From: Nitrospirota bacterium
Lineage (GTDB): Bacteria > Nitrospirota > Thermodesulfovibrionia > UBA6902
DNA length: 64,000 nt
Reading direction: 5' to 3'
Assembly: GCA_039715075.1 (NCBI GenBank)
Contig: JBDLIC010000004.1
Span: 3,041-67,040 of the forward strand
The position numbers were made by a program, and so were the translations under genes. The notes below the pieces were generated by a model. That model searched no databases. It was not told where the DNA came from and saw only the letters and a list, made by a program, of their open reading frames with translations. Positions within the stretch are counted from its first letter, which is position 1. Each line of letters starts with the position of its first letter. Positions 61,240 to 64,000 of the stretch are shown here, one piece after another.

Positions 61240-61727
61240 AGGGTATCACTCATTACGTTCCCCATTCTTTTAATTCCTTCCTCAATATTTGCAGGAGAGG
61301 CATTGGAGAAATTAAGCCGCATGGTATTTTTGCCCGAGCTGTCAGGGAAGAATTCCTGCCCTGGAACAAAAGCAACATTATGGTCAATACATATTGAAAA
61401 CAGCTGGTTAGCATCACACTGTTCAGGTAATTTCACCCAAAGGAACATACCCCCTCCCGGGCGGTTCCATGTAACGGAAGAGGGGAAATATTGTTCCATC
61501 GCAGCGATCATGCAGTCGCGGCGGTATTTGTACTCTTTCTTCAGAAGCAGTATGTGTTCATCATAGCAGCCGCTTTCGAGATATTCGTTGATTACATACT
61601 GTCCAAAGGTATTCGTATGCAGATCAGTGCCCTGTTTGATGACTGAAAGCTTCGCGATCATTTCTTCATCCGCTGCAATGAACGCTACTCGGAAGCCAGG
61701 GGCAATAGTTTTCGAAAAAGTGCTCAT
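61236..61727 (-). pseudogene. C-terminal half of a class I/II (MocR/AAT-like) aminotransferase
   Basis: 163 aa starting in the middle of the fold (SFSKTIAPGFRVAFIAADEEMIAKL ... RPGGGMFLWVKLPE ... MRLNFS). The N-terminal ~230 aa are absent and only 145 bp of non-coding sequence lie upstream. Confidence 0.6.
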
Positions 61728-61872
61728 GTATATATAGTTCCCTGATTTAGCAAGATTAAACAGGGAAGGGGGGCTCTCACCGTCAAATGATATCTTTCCG
61801 TATCCCTTGCTGTGATTTTTAAGATATCACGGATTGCGGAGTTTTTTAAGTTGCCCGATCTTTCTGAATACA

Positions 61873-62079
61873 TTATATATAATCCTCCTTTATGGGATAC
61901 CATGCATCTATCGCCTTTGCAGGTTTCGATAGAATTTTTGCACTGTGCTCCTGGTTCGGCATAATAACAACGCCGTCACCTGCTTTCAATATCTTTGTTT
62001 CACTCTCGAGAGTAAATTCGATTTCACCTTCTATAACATACGTTATCTGCTCATGCGGATGCTTGTGAGAAGGAATCAT
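61873..62079 (-). CDS. cupin-2 domain protein (short, possibly N-truncated)
   Basis: 68 aa; HKHPHEQITYVIEG and GDGVVIMPNQEHS cupin motifs; start overlaps the upstream methyltransferase stop (ATGA). Confidence 0.55.
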   Translation of the reverse strand: MIPSHKHPHEQITYVIEGEIEFTLESETKILKAGDGVVIMPNQEHSAKILSKPAKAIDAWYPIKEDYI

Positions 62080-62828
62080 AAGACCTCGGGAATGACTGCA
62101 GTTGATACCCTTTTCCCGCCATAAACAGCAAACACCCCGTATTTATAATAACAATCTACCTCAACAAACCCAATGTCCCTTAAAGCATTTAACTGGCTGT
62201 CAAGAGTATCTGGCTTGTTTTCATCATAGGCCTTATACCTCCTTGTCACATCTTTGAAGAGGTCCCTGTCGATGTTGAACTGCTTTTTTTGCTCTTCCAT
62301 CCATTCATTCCACATTTGCAGGTACCACTGCTCAAGGGTATCTGTCGGCGGCAGTATAACATCGATATTCAGGAAGTAACCTCCTTTATGCAAATGCGAA
62401 TGAATCTTATTGAAAAATAACATCTTCTCATCTGTTGTCAAATGATGTATTGCCAGAGAGGAGACGATGAAATCAAAGCTGCTCCGGATAATATCCTGCC
62501 CCATTACCTCCTGAAAGCTGGCCCTGATATAATCTATATTTTTGTAATCCTTCAAACGCTCCTTTGCCTTGACGAGCATATCATCAGAAGCGTCAACTAA
62601 AGTTGCTGAAACGTTCCCGTCAATTTCAAGAATTCTCTCAATGAGAATACCGTCACCGCATCCAAGGTCGAGGAGTTCTTTTTTATTATTGCCGGAAATA
62701 AAGTATCTGTAAAAAGATGCCATGATCCCGATCATCCTCTGCCTCTCAACAATGAATATATCAGCGTTGTCCCTGTATTCCTTCGCGAATTCGTTGTCTG
62801 CCCATCTTGTCTTATTGAATTCCGTCAT
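62076..62828 (-). CDS. class I SAM-dependent methyltransferase
   Basis: 250 aa; LDLGCGDGIL motif I. Confidence 0.8.
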   Translation of the reverse strand: MTEFNKTRWADNEFAKEYRDNADIFIVERQRMIGIMASFYRYFISGNNKKELLDLGCGDGILIERILEIDGNVSATLVDASDDMLVKAKERLKDYKNIDYIRASFQEVMGQDIIRSSFDFIVSSLAIHHLTTDEKMLFFNKIHSHLHKGGYFLNIDVILPPTDTLEQWYLQMWNEWMEEQKKQFNIDRDLFKDVTRRYKAYDENKPDTLDSQLNALRDIGFVEVDCYYKYGVFAVYGGKRVSTAVIPEVL

Positions 62829-62840
62829 AATTATGTCCTT

Positions 62841-63779
62841 TTACTGTTTGGCTTTAATGTATTTCATCTGAATGTTCGCCGGGACGAGCCCCTGTCCTTC
62901 CGGACGCCACGGCAGAGATTTAATAATCTTATCTGTAATGTATTTAGCATCCGTTGAAATGGCGGCCAGCTCTTTTGCTTTTTTATCGAATGCAAGAAGA
63001 TAATATTTCATATCTGTGATGTCCTGTTTCCCTGAAACCGGCCCGTGTCCCGGAATTATCGTACGGATATCCATTGTCATAATACGGTCGAGAACTTTAA
63101 TCCATTTGCCAATATCTCCTTCTGCCAGAAAGGGATGGTAATCAGTAAAGAGTATGTCTCCTGAAAACAGTATCCTGCTCTCAGGCAAATAAACCAGAAT
63201 GCTCCCGTCCGTATGAGACGGTCCCGGATATATCAATTGTACTATTTGATTTCCAGTATCTAATTCCATCCTGTAAGGAAACGTTATTCCGGGATATGAG
63301 ATTTCCGTACCCTCCATATCCTCTTCTGTCAGGCCGTAGTTGCCTGCATTTTTCAGGGCGGCTTCACCTCTGTTTTTCAGATTGCGCCTGCAGATGTCAT
63401 GAGATATGACAGTTGCCCCGAGTTTTACAAATTCAGCGTTTCCAAATGCATGATCGAGATGGTAATGAGTATTGACTACCCATTTAACGGGTTTATCGGT
63501 AACTGCCCTTATGTCTTTAATAAACCTTTTTGCCTCTTTTGACGAGATGAGAGTATCAATAACAATGATCCCGTCTGTTCCGATAATAATTCCTGCATTC
63601 GCCCCGTAGCTGTTTTTGGGTGAACCATTTTTTATATCAACATATGAGTAAACATTATCCGCAATTTTTGTAAGCCCCCCCTGGGCCTGGGCCTGTTGAG
63701 CAACAAATAAGATGCTGGCAAAGGCGAGTACTATAATACTTAATGTGATAGTCCTTTTTCGAAAATGTAATTTTATCAT
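62841..63779 (-). CDS. MBL-fold metallo-hydrolase (secreted)
   Basis: 312 aa; signal peptide; THYHLDHAFG zinc motif. Confidence 0.85.
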   Translation of the reverse strand: MIKLHFRKRTITLSIIVLAFASILFVAQQAQAQGGLTKIADNVYSYVDIKNGSPKNSYGANAGIIIGTDGIIVIDTLISSKEAKRFIKDIRAVTDKPVKWVVNTHYHLDHAFGNAEFVKLGATVISHDICRRNLKNRGEAALKNAGNYGLTEEDMEGTEISYPGITFPYRMELDTGNQIVQLIYPGPSHTDGSILVYLPESRILFSGDILFTDYHPFLAEGDIGKWIKVLDRIMTMDIRTIIPGHGPVSGKQDITDMKYYLLAFDKKAKELAAISTDAKYITDKIIKSLPWRPEGQGLVPANIQMKYIKAKQ

Positions 63780-63913
63780 CCTTTTCTCCTTTTGATTACG
63801 ATTATGCTAATCTTCAATTTATTAAAAAATGATATTCTCCAACATGGTTAAACAATGAGTCTCATCATCTTATTGCTGCCTTTCTGGAAAAGACGATCCA
63901 GCTCCAGCTTTTT

Positions 63914-63960
63914 TCCCCTCTTTAGCAAAGAGGGGTTAGGGGAGATTTTCTAATTATAAT
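63914..63960. repeat. bipartite palindromic intergenic repeat, copy C (inverted orientation; remainder beyond window end not assessed)
   Basis: cccctctttagcaaagaggggttaggggagatttt is identical (1 mismatch over 38 nt) to the reverse complement of the right half of copy A (27135..27169). Confidence 0.8.
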
Positions 63961-64000
63961 TCTTTCCACTTTTGTATGAAATCATTGCCGTTATCGGATG

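Overview
This is a 64 kb bacterial chromosomal segment, moderately AT-rich, with no transposase, integrase or CRISPR genes detected. It is a dense housekeeping backbone interrupted by several islands and many structured intergenic repeats.

Backbone genes: pyrC'-pyrB-pyrR with a PyrR attenuator, DUF190-crcB, an NCS2 purine permease, hisA-hisF, a ThiI-like PP-loop ATPase, kdsB-pyrG-eno-ftsB, queD / queE / queC at three separate loci, bioF-SDR-bioD, lipA, gcvH-lpdA, and kdsA-kdsD-kdsC-pgsA-plsY.

Islands:
1. A type IV pilus minor-pilin and PilY1 operon (FimT-like, PilV, PilW, PilX, small secreted protein, 1290-aa PilY1, He_PIG lipoprotein). No major pilin is present.
2. A hom-tusA-moeB/thiF-[ThrC paralog with Zn ribbon]-[ThiS/MoaD-like carrier ending GG-AAR]-NIL-thrC cluster. 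This fits sulfur-carrier-protein-dependent homocysteine synthesis from O-phosphohomoserine (MetM/MetO-like).
3. A tRNA-Leu(CAA) flanked by 5'-truncated MotB-like and DUF72 remnants and a PilZ gene.
4. A candidate selenocysteine MsrA: in-frame TGA exactly at the catalytic Cys codon, followed by a hairpin.
5. An accessory tail at 54-64 kb holding several gene remnants (Cys/Met PLP-enzyme C-terminus, half an aminotransferase, a short cupin), a TetR / thymidylate-synthase-like / OYE / HAD cluster and a strong-SD 21-aa membrane peptide ORF.

Intergenic repeat families:
- A ~100-bp bipartite palindromic element in three copies.
- Two REPIN/MITE-like 20-21-bp inverted-repeat pairs that share a core but are arranged inside-out relative to each other.
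- GCTNTCA heptamer arrays at two loci.
- 9-mer tandem arrays in inverted pairs.
- AGGGGCAGG...CCTGCCCT hairpins.
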